Part shown: piece after piece, positions 1 to 11,388 of the stretch
Layout: each line of letters starts with the position of its first letter
Position numbering within the stretch: the stretch's first letter is position 1
Source: Squalus acanthias
Lineage: Eukaryota
Length of the DNA stretch: 64,000 bases
Direction: 5' to 3'
Assembly: GCA_030390025.1 (NCBI GenBank)
Contig: CM059432.1
Span: 141,734,001-141,798,000, forward strand
The notes under the pieces: model-generated
What the model was told of the DNA's origin: nothing
Databases searched by the model: none
Seen by the model: the letters and a program-made list of their open reading frames with translations, nothing else
Position numbers and translations under genes: made by a program

Positions 1-249
1 AAAAAAAGAAGGAAAAGCATTCGCTTCCGAGACCGGGTACGTACAAGCGCTTCCCTCCTCAGATTTGTCCGTCCATGTGTTTAAATCGGGGAAACGAGAT
101 AAACCGAGTGGGTAGGCTTGCTTCTTCAGATTAGGTGAGCGGGCGAAGCCGGGGCCCGGAGCCAGTTGAGGTGAAGTGGCCTTTTTCCCTTTCCCCCCCT
201 TCCCTGAGCATTTCTTTACGTCTTCCCACCCGCAGCCCCCAATCGCGTC

Positions 250-505
250 GGGCTGTGAAGCGGCTCCTGTTGCTTCATGAGCGGTGTGTTGCGGCGGCGG
301 TGGGGGGGGTCGCCTCCTCCTCCTCTTCTTCTGTCGTCCCTCCTCCGTCGAGCGCTGCGCGAGAGCGAGGCGCTCGCCATCCGGGGCCTTGAGCGACCCC
401 TGCGCCGCGAGCCGCAGAACGGCCGGGAGGCACGGTTGCCACGGTAACCGGGTCAGTCGGGGGGGGGGGGCGGGGCCGGGGTCCTGCCCACCCCGGATTG
501 TGACT
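250..505 (+). other. SNRK: Putative non-coding first exon of SNRK (5' end approximate)
   Basis: Within the CpG island, ends at donor GACT|GTAAGC (intron from 506); would splice to the acceptor at 14548. Confidence 0.5.
435..448. promoter_or_regulatory. RFX X-box-like motif GTTGCCACGGTAAC
   Basis: Near-palindromic match to the RFX consensus GTTGCCATGGCAAC inside the CpG island. Confidence 0.6.
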
Positions 506-657
506 GTAAGCATTTGTCGCCGCGCACACACACAGACGGAACGGCGAGGCGGTAGCACGGATGTGGCTAGTGAGTATGTGTGTATATACATACATTAAGA
601 GTAACCCTTAATATCAGGTTTTTTTTTCCCCCACCGGCATTCGCTTGCTGATTAATT

Positions 658-983
658 GGGGTTAAGTGGGTCGTACCATCGCCTCCGAGTCGCAAGGTTG
701 TGGGTTCAAGCCCCACTCCAGAGACTCGAGAGCACAAAAATCTAGGCTGACACTCACTCCCCAGTGCAGTGCTGTTTCTCCCTCAATCAACATCACTAAA
801 AACAGATTATCAGGTCGGTCATTAGCACATCGTTGTTTGTGGGAGCTTGCTGTGCGCAAATGGGCTGCCGCGTTTCTTCCATTAACAACAGAGACTCTCT
901 CCACTTCAAACGTATTTCGGTGGCTGTAAAGCGCTCTGGGACGTCCTGAGGTCGCGAAAGGCGCTGTGGAAAATCTCTTTTCT
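658..983 (+). mobile_element. tRNA-derived Deu-type SINE (SacSINE1/AmnSINE1-like), internally deleted
   Basis: tRNA-like head with B box GGTTCAAGCCC; tail GTAAAGCGCTCTGGGACGTCCTGAGG; homologous to six other copies here; flanked by 22/25-identical direct repeats at 633-657 and 984-1008. Confidence 0.8.
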
Positions 984-1381
984 ACCGGCATTTGCTTACT
1001 GATTCATTTCCAGCCACCAACGCACTGGGCCCAGCTATTTGAAGGAACGAAAACATGAGGGAAAGTTTCTTGCCGCTGTCACAAAGTGAAAGGGGTAGCT
1101 GTTCCTGCATTGCAAGCATTTGAGATCGTCAACAGATCTGGCTTTTCCTCCCTGGATATTTAATATTTAACTCAAAGTCAGTTATCTGGCATTTCTTTGA
1201 GGTCGGTGGCGGCACTTATTCTGTAGCGTTGTGTTATCACAAAATGTTAATAGCTTTCCTATAGCATTGCTTACAGTAAGTCAGATAATGTGCTGTTTTA
1301 TAAGCGTAGGAGTGTTGTATCATGTATTATGCAGCTACAGTGGATCTGCGTTCTTTTAAGGCAACAAAATGTAATTACATT

Positions 1382-2105
1382 GGCCTGGAATTTGTGGTGG
1401 GTAATGATGGCGAACTGTCAGCATTCATGGTCACTACCCCTCTGAAACTGACCGTAACTTCAGGATTTAGTGCATCCGCAGCTAAACGCGGAAATCCTGA
1501 GGTTGCGGTCAGTCATTCACTGCTCTGACACAGACTGCGCTGTGGATCTCCATAGCCAGCAATTAGTGAAATCTGTGGAATTGACAAACTTAAGCTTTTC
1601 CACGCTAATATCGCTGTTAAACACCCCAGTAAATGTTAAACTTTGTTGGAATAGGTGTAACTGTGGTTTTAACAGCGTACTGACTGCTAAACAACCGTTC
1701 TGGTCCCGAAAACTAATTTTATATTTGTGGAATGTCAAATTTCTCCATTATAATAAACATTACTAGATTTTGAAAAATTAAATATTTTAAATATTTTCAT
1801 GATATTTCAGTTTCTACCATAATCCCATGTGAAAATCCCAATCTTTATTTCGCTCTTTGTAGTACTTTTTAAAAGTGCAGATAATTAGTGTTTCTCATTT
1901 CCTATTTGCGGTCTGAGAATTCTTTAATGTGATTAGCTGCTTAAACAGCTTGATGACGTCACTCCTGCACTAAGCTAGGAATCCCTTTTGACAGCGCTAC
2001 AATTAATTACACGTCGAGGAAGCTAATGATGTCGTCACAGTGGGCAGCTTTCTTCGAGGTCAGCGGCAATTGCCATCGCTTCGCCGCTGCCCGCAAATAC
2101 AGACC
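1382..2105. mobile_element. Putative non-autonomous DNA transposon (Harbinger-like MITE)
   Basis: Imperfect terminal inverted repeats GGCCTGGAATTTGTGG / CCGCAAATACAGACC; internal 22-bp hairpin at 1447-1513; AT-rich core. Confidence 0.4.
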
Positions 2106-2222
2106 ATAGTATTTACAGCACGGAAACAGGCCATTTGGCGCTCAGGTCCATACTGGTGTTTATGCTCCACACGAGCCTCCCATCTTTCTTCTAGCCCCAG
2201 CAGCATATCCTTCTGTTCCTTT
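2106..2222 (-). mobile_element. CR1 LINE 3'-tail fragment
   Basis: Matches the tail of the CR1 copy at 46140-46455 (ACAGCACAGAAACAGGCCATT...TATGCTCCACACGAGCCTCC). Confidence 0.7.
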
Positions 2223-2332
2223 AAGTAAACACAGGATCCAGGTGCATTTGTCATGAGGCAATTGCTGACTTTTTAAAAAACAAAACACTAAATTTGTATG
2301 TACTGTACTGTTAACGCTGTCTGCTAAATGTC

Positions 2333-5300
2333 TTTTTTTATTAGTTCCTGGGAGGTGGGTGTCGCTGGCAAGGCCAGCATTTATTGCTCATCCCTAATTG
2401 CCCTTGAGCAGGTGGTGGTGAGCTGCCGCCTTGAACCGCTGCAGTCCATATGGTGAAGGTACTCCCACAGTGCTGTTAGGAGGGAGTTCCAGGATTTTGA
2501 CTCAGCGACGATGAAGGAACGGCAATATATTTCGAAGTCAGGATGGTGTGTAACTTGGAGGGGAACTTGCAGGTGGTGGTGTTCCCATGCGCCTGCTGCC
2601 CTTGTCCTTCTAAGTGGTAGAGGTCATGGGTTTGGGAGGTGCTGTTGAAGAAGCCTTGGCAAGTTGCTGCAGTGTATCTTATAGATGGTACACACTGCAG
2701 CCACGGTGTGCTGGTGGTGCAGGAAGTGAATGTTTAAGGTGGTGAATGAGATGCCATTCAAGCGGGCTGCTTTGTCCTGGATGGTGTCGAGCTTCTTGTG
2801 TTGTTGGAGCTGCACTCATCCAGGCAAGTGGAGAGTATTCCTTCACCCTCCTGACTTGTGCCTTGTAGATGGTAGAAAGACTTTGGGGAGTCAGGAGGTG
2901 AGACACTCGCTGCAGAATACTCAGCCTCTGACCTGCTCTTGTAGCCACTGTATTTCTAGATGGTCCAGTTAAGTTTCTGGCTAATGGTGATCCCCCCAGG
3001 ATGTTGATGTTGGGGATTCAGCGATGGTAATGCCGTTGAATGTCATGGGGTGGTGGTTAGACGCTCTCTTGTTGGAGATAGTCATTACCTGGCACTTGTG
3101 GGACGTGAATGTTACTTGCCACTTATCAGCTCAAGCCTGAATGTCGTCCAGGTCTTGCTGCATGCGGGCATGGGCTGCTTCATTATCTGAGGAGTTGCGA
3201 ATGGAACTGAACACTCTGCAATCATCAGCGAACATTTCCACTTCTGACCTTATGATGGAGGGAAGGTAATTGATGAAGCAGCTGAAGATGGTTGGGCCTG
3301 GGACCCTGCCCTGAGGAGCTCCTGCAGCGATGTCCTGGGGCTGAGATGATTGGCCTCCAACAACCACTTTCCTTTGTGCTAGGTATGACTCCAGCCAGTG
3401 GAGAGGTTTTTCCCCTGATTCCCATTGACTTCAGTTTTACTAGGGCTCCTTGATACCACACTCGATGAAATGCTGCCACTCTCACCTCACCTCTGTAATT
3501 CAGCTCTTTTGTCCATGTTTGGACCAAGGCTGTAGTGAGGTCTGGAGCCGAGTGGTCCTGGCAGGACCCAAACTGAGCATCAGTGAGCAGGTTATTGGTG
3601 AGTAAGTGCTGCTTGATAGCACTGCAAACAACACCTTCCATCACTTTGCTGATGATTGAGAGTAGGGGCAGTAATTGGCTGGATTGGATTGGATTTGTCC
3701 TGTTTTTTGTGGACAGGACATACCTGGGCAGTTTTCCACATTTAGGTAGATGCCAGTGTTGTAGATGTACTGGAACAGCTTGGCTTGAGGCGCGGCTAGT
3801 TCTGGAGCATAAATCTTCAGCACGACAGCCAGGATGTTGTCGGGGTCCATAGCCTTTGCTGTATCCAGAGTGCTCAGCCTTTTCTTGATATCACGTGGAG
3901 TGAATCGAATTGGCTGAAGACTGGGTTCTGTGGTGGTGGGGACCTCCGGAGGAGGCTGAGGTGGATCATCCACTTGGCATTTTTGGCTGAAGATGGTTGC
4001 AAACGCTTCAGCCTTGTCTTTTGCACTCGCGTGCTGGGATCCACCATCGTTGAGGATGGGCATGCTCATGGAGCTTTCCACTCCTGTCAGTTGTTTAATT
4101 GTCCACCAGCATTCACGACTGGATGTGGCAGGACTGCAGAGCTTTGATCTGATCTGTTGGTTGTGGGATCCCTCAGCTCTGTCTGTAGCATGCTGCTTCC
4201 GTTGTTTAGCATGCATGTAGTCCGATGTTGCAGCTTCCTTAGGTTGGCACCTCATTTTTAGGTACGCCTGGTGCTGCTCCTGGCATACTCTTCTACACTC
4301 CTCATCGAACCAGGGTTGGTCGCCTGGCTTGAAGTTAATGGTAGAGTGAGGGATATGCCCAGCTATGAGGTTACAGATTGTAGTGGAATACAATTCTACT
4401 GCTGCTGATGGCCCACAGTGCCTCATGGATGCCCAGTTTTGAGTTGCTGGATCTGTTCTGAATCTATCCCATTTAGCACGGTGGTAGTGCCACACAACAC
4501 AATGAAGGGTGTCCTCTGTGAAGACGGGACTTCGTCTCCACAAGGACTGTGTGGTGGTTACTGCTACCAATACTGTCATGGACAGATGCATCTGCGACAG
4601 GTAGATTGGCAAGGAGGAGGTCAAGTAGGTTTTTCCCTTGTGTTGGTTCTCTCACCACCTGCTGCAGGCCCAATCTGGCAGCTATGTCCTTCAGGCCTCG
4701 GCCAGCTCAGTCAGTAGCGGTGCTACCGAGCCACTCTTGGTGCTGGAAATTGAAGTCCCCCACCCAGAGTACATTCTGTACCCTTGCTATCCTCAGTGCT
4801 TCTTCCAAGTGGTGTTCAACATGGAGGAGTACTGATTCATCAGCTGAGGTTTCCTTTCCCATGCTTGACCTGAAGCCATGAGACTTCATGAGGTCTGGAA
4901 TCAATGTTGAGGACTCCCAGCGTTACTCCCTCCCGACTGTATACTACTGTGCCTCCACCTCTGGTGGGTCTGTCCTGCCGGTGGGACAGGACATACCCAG
5001 GGATGGTGATGGAGGAGTCTAGGACATTGGCTGAAAGGTATGATTCTGTGAGTATGACTGTCAGGCTGTTGCTCTCCCAATTTTGGCACAAGTCCCCAGA
5101 TGTTAGTGAGGAGGACTTTGCAGGGTCAACTGGGCTGGGTGTGCCTTTGTCATGTCCAAAGCCGGTGCCGCAGTTGATGCTGGGTGGTCCATCCAGTTTT
5201 ATTCTCATTGTTTCTTGTAGCTGTTTGTTACAACTGAATGGCTTGCTCGGCCATTTCAGAGGGCAGTTAAGAGTCAACCACATTGCTGTGGGTCTGGAGT

Positions 5301-5345
5301 CACATAGGCCAGAGCAGGTAAGGACATCAGATTTTCTTCCCTAAA
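2333..5345 (-). mobile_element. Near-complete decayed APE-RT LINE (CR1/L2 group), distinct from the main CR1 family
   Basis: Broken ORF2 pieces: endonuclease motifs (VILTESYL, WVGDFN, LLDLLL, GSSNH), RT motifs (QFG, PQG..PGP..F...IN, FADD), EYSPLAW; A-rich 3' end at ~2333; many stops and frameshifts. Confidence 0.85.
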
Positions 5346-5745
5346 GAAGTGTTATTTTAATGCCTGTTTGTAACATAATGCACACAATTTCAGAGCATCA
5401 TTAACATGCAGTGAGAAGGGTACCCATTTACATCATTATATGCTGGTGGTTACCATGCAATGTGGATCTTTTCCATCTGTTTATCAAAGTTGATTCTTGC
5501 TTCTCATCTACAGTGATGGTGCTTATTTGCTACAGGCTGGCAAACAATCAAATATTAAACATGGTGCTTGTGATCAGTGTCTTTGTTTCTTGCCTTTACA
5601 GCCACTTCGGAGTGATGGCCGCATTCAGCATAGAACTACGATCCCTCATCGTTGTTTCAAATTGCAATGACCATACTCAGTTTGAGGTTGCATCGTTCAT
5701 CCTTACTTCAGCCACGCGCTCAGATTCATCACATACTTCACTATA

Positions 5746-7628
5746 GAAACACAAAAAAATAGAAGCAGGAGTAGGCCATTTTGCCCTTCGAGCCTGCTCC
5801 GCCATTCAATATGATCATGGCTGATCCTCTATCTCAATACCATATTCCCGCTCTCTCCCCATACCCCTTGATGCCTTTTGTGTCTAGAAATCTATCTATC
5901 TCCTTCTTAAATATATTCAGTGACTTGGCCTCCACAGACTTCTGTGGTAGAGAATTCCACAGGTTCACCACCCTCTGAGTGAAGAAATTTCTCCTCATCT
6001 CAGTCCTAAATGTCCTACCCCGTATCCTGAGACTGTGACCCCTCGTTCTAGAGCCCCCAGCCAGGGGAAACATCCTCCCTGCATCCAGTCTGTCTAGCCC
6101 TGTCAGAATTTTATACGTTTCAATGAGATCCCTTCTCATTCTTCTAAACTCTAGTGAATACAGGCCTAGTCGACCCAATCTCTCCTATTACGACAGTCCT
6201 GCCATCCCAAGAATCAGTCTGCTAAACCTTCGCTGCACTCCCTCTATGGCAAGTATATCCTTTCTTAGGTAAGGAGACCAAAACTGCACACAGTACTCCA
6301 GGTGTGGTCTCACCAAGCCCCTGTATAAATGTAGTAAGACATCCTTGCACCTGTACTCATATCCTCTTGCAATGAAGGCTAACATATCATTTGCCTTCCT
6401 AACTGCTTGATGCACCTGCATGTTTGCTTTCAGTGACTGGTGTACAAGGACACCCAGATCCCTCTGTACATCAACATTTCCCAATCTATCACCATTTAAA
6501 TAATACTCTGCCTTTCTGTTTTTCCTACCGAAGTGGATGACTTCACATTTATCGACATTATACTGCATCTGCCATGTATTTGCCCACTTACTCAACTTGT
6601 CTAAATCGCCTTGAAGCCTCTTTGCATCAGCCTCCTCAACTCACAATCCCACCTAGTTTCGTGTCGTCAGCAAACTTGGAAATATTACATTTGGTTCCTT
6701 CATCCAAATCATTGATAGGTATTGTGAATAGCTGGGGCCCAAGCACTGAACCCTGCGGTATCCCACTAGTCACCGCCTGCCACCCCGAAAAAGACCCATT
6801 TATTCCTACTCTCTGTTTCCTGTCTGTTAACCAATTTTCAATCCATGCCAGTATATTACCCCCAATCCCATGTGCTTTAATTTTGCACACTAACCTCTTA
6901 TGTGGGACTTTATCAAAGGCCTTCGTAAAATCCAAATACACCACATCCACTGGTTCTCCCTTATCTATTCTACCAGTTACATCCTCAAAAAACTCCAGTA
7001 GGTTTGTCAAACACGATTTCCCTTTCATAAATCCATGTTGACTTTGTCTAATCCCGTTGATATTTTCTAAGTGTCCTGTTATCACATCCTTTTATAATAG
7101 ACTCTAGCATTTTCCCTACTACTGATGTTAGGCTAACCGGTCTGTAGTTCCCTGTTTTCTCTCCCTCCTTTTTTAAATAGTGGGGTTACATTTGCCACCC
7201 TCCAATCTGCAGGAACTATTCCATAATCTATACAGTTTTGGAAGATGACAACCAATGCATCCACTATTTCCATGGCTACCTCTTTTAGTACTCTGGGATG
7301 CAGATTATCAGGCCCTGGGGATTTATCGGCTTTCAGTCCCATTAATTTCTCCAGCACTTTTTTTTACTAATACTAATTTCCTTTAATTCCTCCCTCTCAC
7401 TTGACCCTTGGTTCCCTAGCATTTCTGGGAAGTTATTTGTGTCCTCTTCCGTGAAGACAGAACCAAAGTATTTGTTTAATTGCTCTGTCATTTCCTTGTT
7501 CCCCATTATAAATTCTCCCGTTTCTGACTGTAAGGGACCTACATTTGTCTTCACTAATCTTTTTCTTTTTACATACTTGTAGAAGCTTTTACAACCCACT
7601 TTTATGTTCCTTGCAAGTTTACTCTCGC
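5746..7628 (-). mobile_element. CR1 LINE, 5'-truncated (RT + 3' tail)
   Basis: ORF fragments [80 protein letters not shown]. Confidence 0.92.
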
Positions 7629-9389
7629 TATGATGAAAGTGGCTTTATTGTCGCTTGTCGTGCACTGCAGTCTGGCAACTAACTTCAAATGCAAGACTGC
7701 GTGACAAAATGTTTGCTGACGACATGTCCTTTGCCCAGCCAGCAGGCGTAGTGACTCAGCCCAGCTATAAGAAAGCAGCTTATGTGCTTGTTGATCTGCC
7801 TCAGCTGTTATCGCTGCCAGCTACATAGTGACATTAAAATTGTTTCACTTTAAAGCAAAAATGAATAGTGTAGAAAATGCCTCACAGTATAAATAGGGCA
7901 GTTCCTATAGTATCTGAGATATGGAGCCATTAATGCATTGTCAGCTGAAGTACTGAAAAAAGGGGAGAGATCTTTGGTTCAATCAGGGAAAAGTGGAGGT
8001 GAAAATGTTTTGAGCAGCATTTGGATATGGGTCTCAATGACTGAATTACTTACTGCTACCTCGTGTTTGATGTGGTGGAAGGAAATATAATTCTGCATTC
8101 ATCATGGAGCTTTGAAACTAATCACCTAACTAGTTTTACAAATGCACGGATGAAGGATGTTCAGAATTTCTTTGGTTGGGGGTTATAGCTTTCTGGCAGT
8201 AGTTTAATGATGAGAGTTTTATATTCAGTAGTAAAGGCTTGGTAGTGTGCCTGGTGCTCTGCACTCTAACCGCTCTGGGCTTGTGCATATGTGTGTAATT
8301 GAATGTTTCAGATGTAGAAGCAGGAGTTGAATCAAATTATATCACAAGATGCCTCAATCGGGCCTCTTCAGATTTGTAAAAGAAAAGTACAGTAGTTTTT
8401 CTTCCCTCGTCTGTTTCCCATCAGTTTCAGTATTTCTCCATTTCTTGTCCATTTCCCCTGATGCTTCCCATGTAATTGCAGTGTTATCACTGTTTTTAGC
8501 AAAATTATCATATTACATCCAATTGCATTTTGAAAAAATCTCAGCAGTATAGTTATAGAACATTTTGCGCTAGAAAGCCTGAGTGAAGTGCTGGTGGTTA
8601 TAGATCTGCCAGTGAAGGTGTTAGTGGTGTGAGATAAATGAATAATGTACGTGCCGCAAGGACTGCTTTCAAAGTTACCTCGGGCCCATAGCGGCTGCGT
8701 TGTTTCTGCAAGATCTTAGTTTTTTTTTTCCCTTTCCCTGTATTCCTTTAATTAAAAAAAAATTCAATGAATGTATCTTGCCTATTCTAACCTTCATATA
8801 CAAAAAAAATTCTGGTAACACCAAAAAAGGTTTTCCTGTGAGTTTTCTTTCTAATAGATTCATATATAGAGACCACTATTGTATTGTAGACAATATGCAC
8901 CTGAGCAGGGAGTCAGTGCCTCAGTATAACATCTCATTTGAAACATGGCATATGAAAATGTGGCGTGAACTAAATGAAATTAAGTGAGATGCACTGCTGA
9001 GAGGGAAAATGGAAACTTTTTAAAACCTACTAAACATACAAAACAAATATATACTAAAGAGAAATAACTAAGCTGAACAAGGTGGATGAACAGAGAAGTT
9101 TGGACTACAGGTCCGGTGACAATACGTGCAAACAGTTATTATAACTTGTAAATATTTTTAAAACATCAATCTTGCATCCCATCAGGAAAAAGTTAAAAAA
9201 TCAAAGTTTATTAGTATCTTAATTGGCAAAGATATCTGATGATAGAAAAGCTTGATTTTTGCATAACCAGTAGTTTTTTGTATTGCATACTTTTAGAAAG
9301 CTATAGTTACTTGACACTGACTTAGATTATGATCTGTGATTTGAAATGGAGCTGTATATATCATGAGGGTTTTTCCCATTGAGCTTTGT

Positions 9390-9955
9390 CCTCTTTTATT
9401 GGGTACCAAATCAAAAAACTGTAACTCAATAAAACTTTAAATAAACCTTAACAACTCAAATTAAAATTTGGTAGCCCGGGGTGACGATGCACTCCAGCCC
9501 CCGCGGCGCCCACCGGTCGCGGAAAAACTCAAGCATGCCGGCGGACACCGCGTGCTCCATCTCCAGGGCCACCCGGGCGCGAACATGGCCGCGGAAGAGA
9601 GGCAGGCAATCGGGCCGAACGACCCCCTCGACCGCCCGCTGCCTGGACCAATTAATGGCCTTCTTGGCCAGGCCCAGGAGCAGTCCTACGAGGAGGTCCT
9701 CCGACCTGCCCGCTCCCCTCCGCACCGGGTGACCGTAGATCAGGAGCGTGGGGCTGAAGTGCAACCAGAAATTGAGGAGCAGCCCCTTCAAATAATGAAA
9801 GAGGGGCTGCAAGCTCTCACTCAAAATATATATATGAAAAACGGACTCCTCCAGGCCGCAAAAATGGCAAGCAGCCTGGGAGTCCGTAAACCTATTTAAA
9901 ACCCTGTTGCACGGGACTGCTCCGTGCAACACCCTCCAGGCCAAGTCCCCAATAG
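9390..9955 (-). mobile_element. L1/Tx1-type LINE 3' fragment with perfect 13-bp target-site duplication
   Basis: ORF 9456-9944 WRVLHGAVPCN...CHFCG.EESVFHI (zf-RVT CCHC region of Tx1-like ORF2); CATTGAGCTTTGT at 9377-9389 and 9956-9968; GC/CpG-rich. Confidence 0.85.
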
Positions 9956-9984
9956 CATTGAGCTTTGTAAGGTTATTTCCAGAA

Positions 9985-11388
9985 ATAATTGGAAATTATT
10001 GAAAAAAATTATTTGGGACCATATTAATCGTTATTTAGAAAGGCACGTATTAATCAAGGAAAGTCAGCATGGATTTATTTAGGGAAGGTAGTGTCTGACT
10101 ACAAATAGAAAATGTTGGAAATACTCAGCAGGTCAGGCAGCATCTGTGGAGAGAGAAACAGAGTTAACGTTTCAGGTTGATGACCTTTCGTCAGAACTGG
10201 AAAAAGTTCTGAGGGACTGTATTTTTTGAGGAGGGTCGATGAGGGTCCCACATGGCAGACTGGTCAGAAAAGTAATAGCCCATGAGATCCAAGAAAAAGT
10301 TGGATCTTAAATTGGCTCAGTGGCAGGAAGCAAAGGGTAGTGGTCGACAGGTGTTGTTGTGACTGGAAGGCTGTTTCCAGTGGGGTTCCACAGGACTCAG
10401 TACTAGGTCCCTTGCTTTTCATGGTATATATCAATGATTGAGACTTTAATGTAATTGGCATGATTAAGAAGTTTGCAGATGATTCAAAAATTGGTCATGT
10501 GGTTGATGGGAAGAAAGCTGTAGACTGCAGGAAGATATAGATGGACTGGTCAGGTGGGCAGAAAAGTGGCAAATGGAATTCAATCCAGAGAAATGTGAGG
10601 TAATGCATTTGGGGAGGGCTAACAAGGCAAGGGAATACACAATAAATGATGGGATACTGAGAAGTGTGGAAGAACAGAGGGACCTTGGAATGCATGTTCA
10701 CAGATCCTTGAAGTTGCAGGACAGGTGGATAAGACGATTAAGAAGGCATACTTAAGGGATGCTTTCCTTTATTAGCCGAGGCATAGAATATAAGAGCAGG
10801 GAGGTTATGCTTGAACTGTATAAAACACTAGTTAGGCCAGAGCGAGAGTATTGCGTACAGTTCTGGTCACCACATTACGGGAAAGATGTGATTGCACTAG
10901 AGAGGGTACAGAGGAGATTTACAAGGATATTGCCAGGATTGGAGAATTTTAGCTATGGGGAAAGATTGGATAGGCTGGGTTGTTTTCAATTGAACAGAGG
11001 AGGCTGAGGGGAGATTTAATTGAGGTGTATAAAATTATGAGGGGCCTAGGTAGCGTGGATAAGAAGGACCTATTTTACTTAGCAGAAGTCAATAACCCGG
11101 GGGGGATAGATTTAAAGTAATTGGTAGAAGGATTAGAGGGGAGTTGAGGAGAGAGTTTTTCACCCAGTGGGTGTTTGGGGTCTGGAACTCACTACCTGAA
11201 AGGGTAGTAGAGGCAGAAACCTTCATCGCATTTAAAAAGTACTTGGATATTCACTTGGAGTGCCATAACCTACAAGGCTACGGACCAAGAGCTGGAAAGT
11301 GGGATTAGGCTGGATAGCTCTTTTTCAGCCGGCACAGACACAATGGGCCGAATGGCCTCCTGTGTCGTAAACTTCTATGATTCTATGA
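9985..11388 (+). mobile_element. CR1 LINE 3' part, interrupted by a short repeat at ~10101-10210
   Basis: [47 protein letters not shown]1 tail ending TTCTATGATTCTATGA. Confidence 0.9.
10101..10210 (-). mobile_element. Short Penelope-like terminal-repeat fragment (family 2) carrying a minimal hammerhead motif
   Basis: Homologous to 59250-59465; minus strand reads AGTT-CTGACGA-A-AGGT(CATCA)ACCT-GAAAC-GTT-AACT. Confidence 0.6.

Larger units (their letters stand above)
1..570 (+). promoter_or_regulatory. SNRK: CpG island / promoter of SNRK
   Basis: GC- and CpG-rich block at window start in otherwise CpG-depleted DNA; GC box GGGGCGGGGC at 467-476; X-box-like palindrome at 435-448; splice donors at 135, 506 and 570; lies upstream of the SNRK coding exons. 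Confidence 0.75.

Noticed and set aside
135..598. ORFs of 85-106 aa in the CpG island
   Set aside because: Expected from GC-rich, stop-poor sequence; low-complexity translations
9230..9260. CTGATGA-TA-GAAAAGCTT resembling a hammerhead core
   Set aside because: No room for stem II and no convincing stem I; likely chance
9906..9930. 9-bp perfect hairpin GTTGCACGG..CCGTGCAAC
   Set aside because: Lies within the Tx1-like coding sequence; short enough to be incidental
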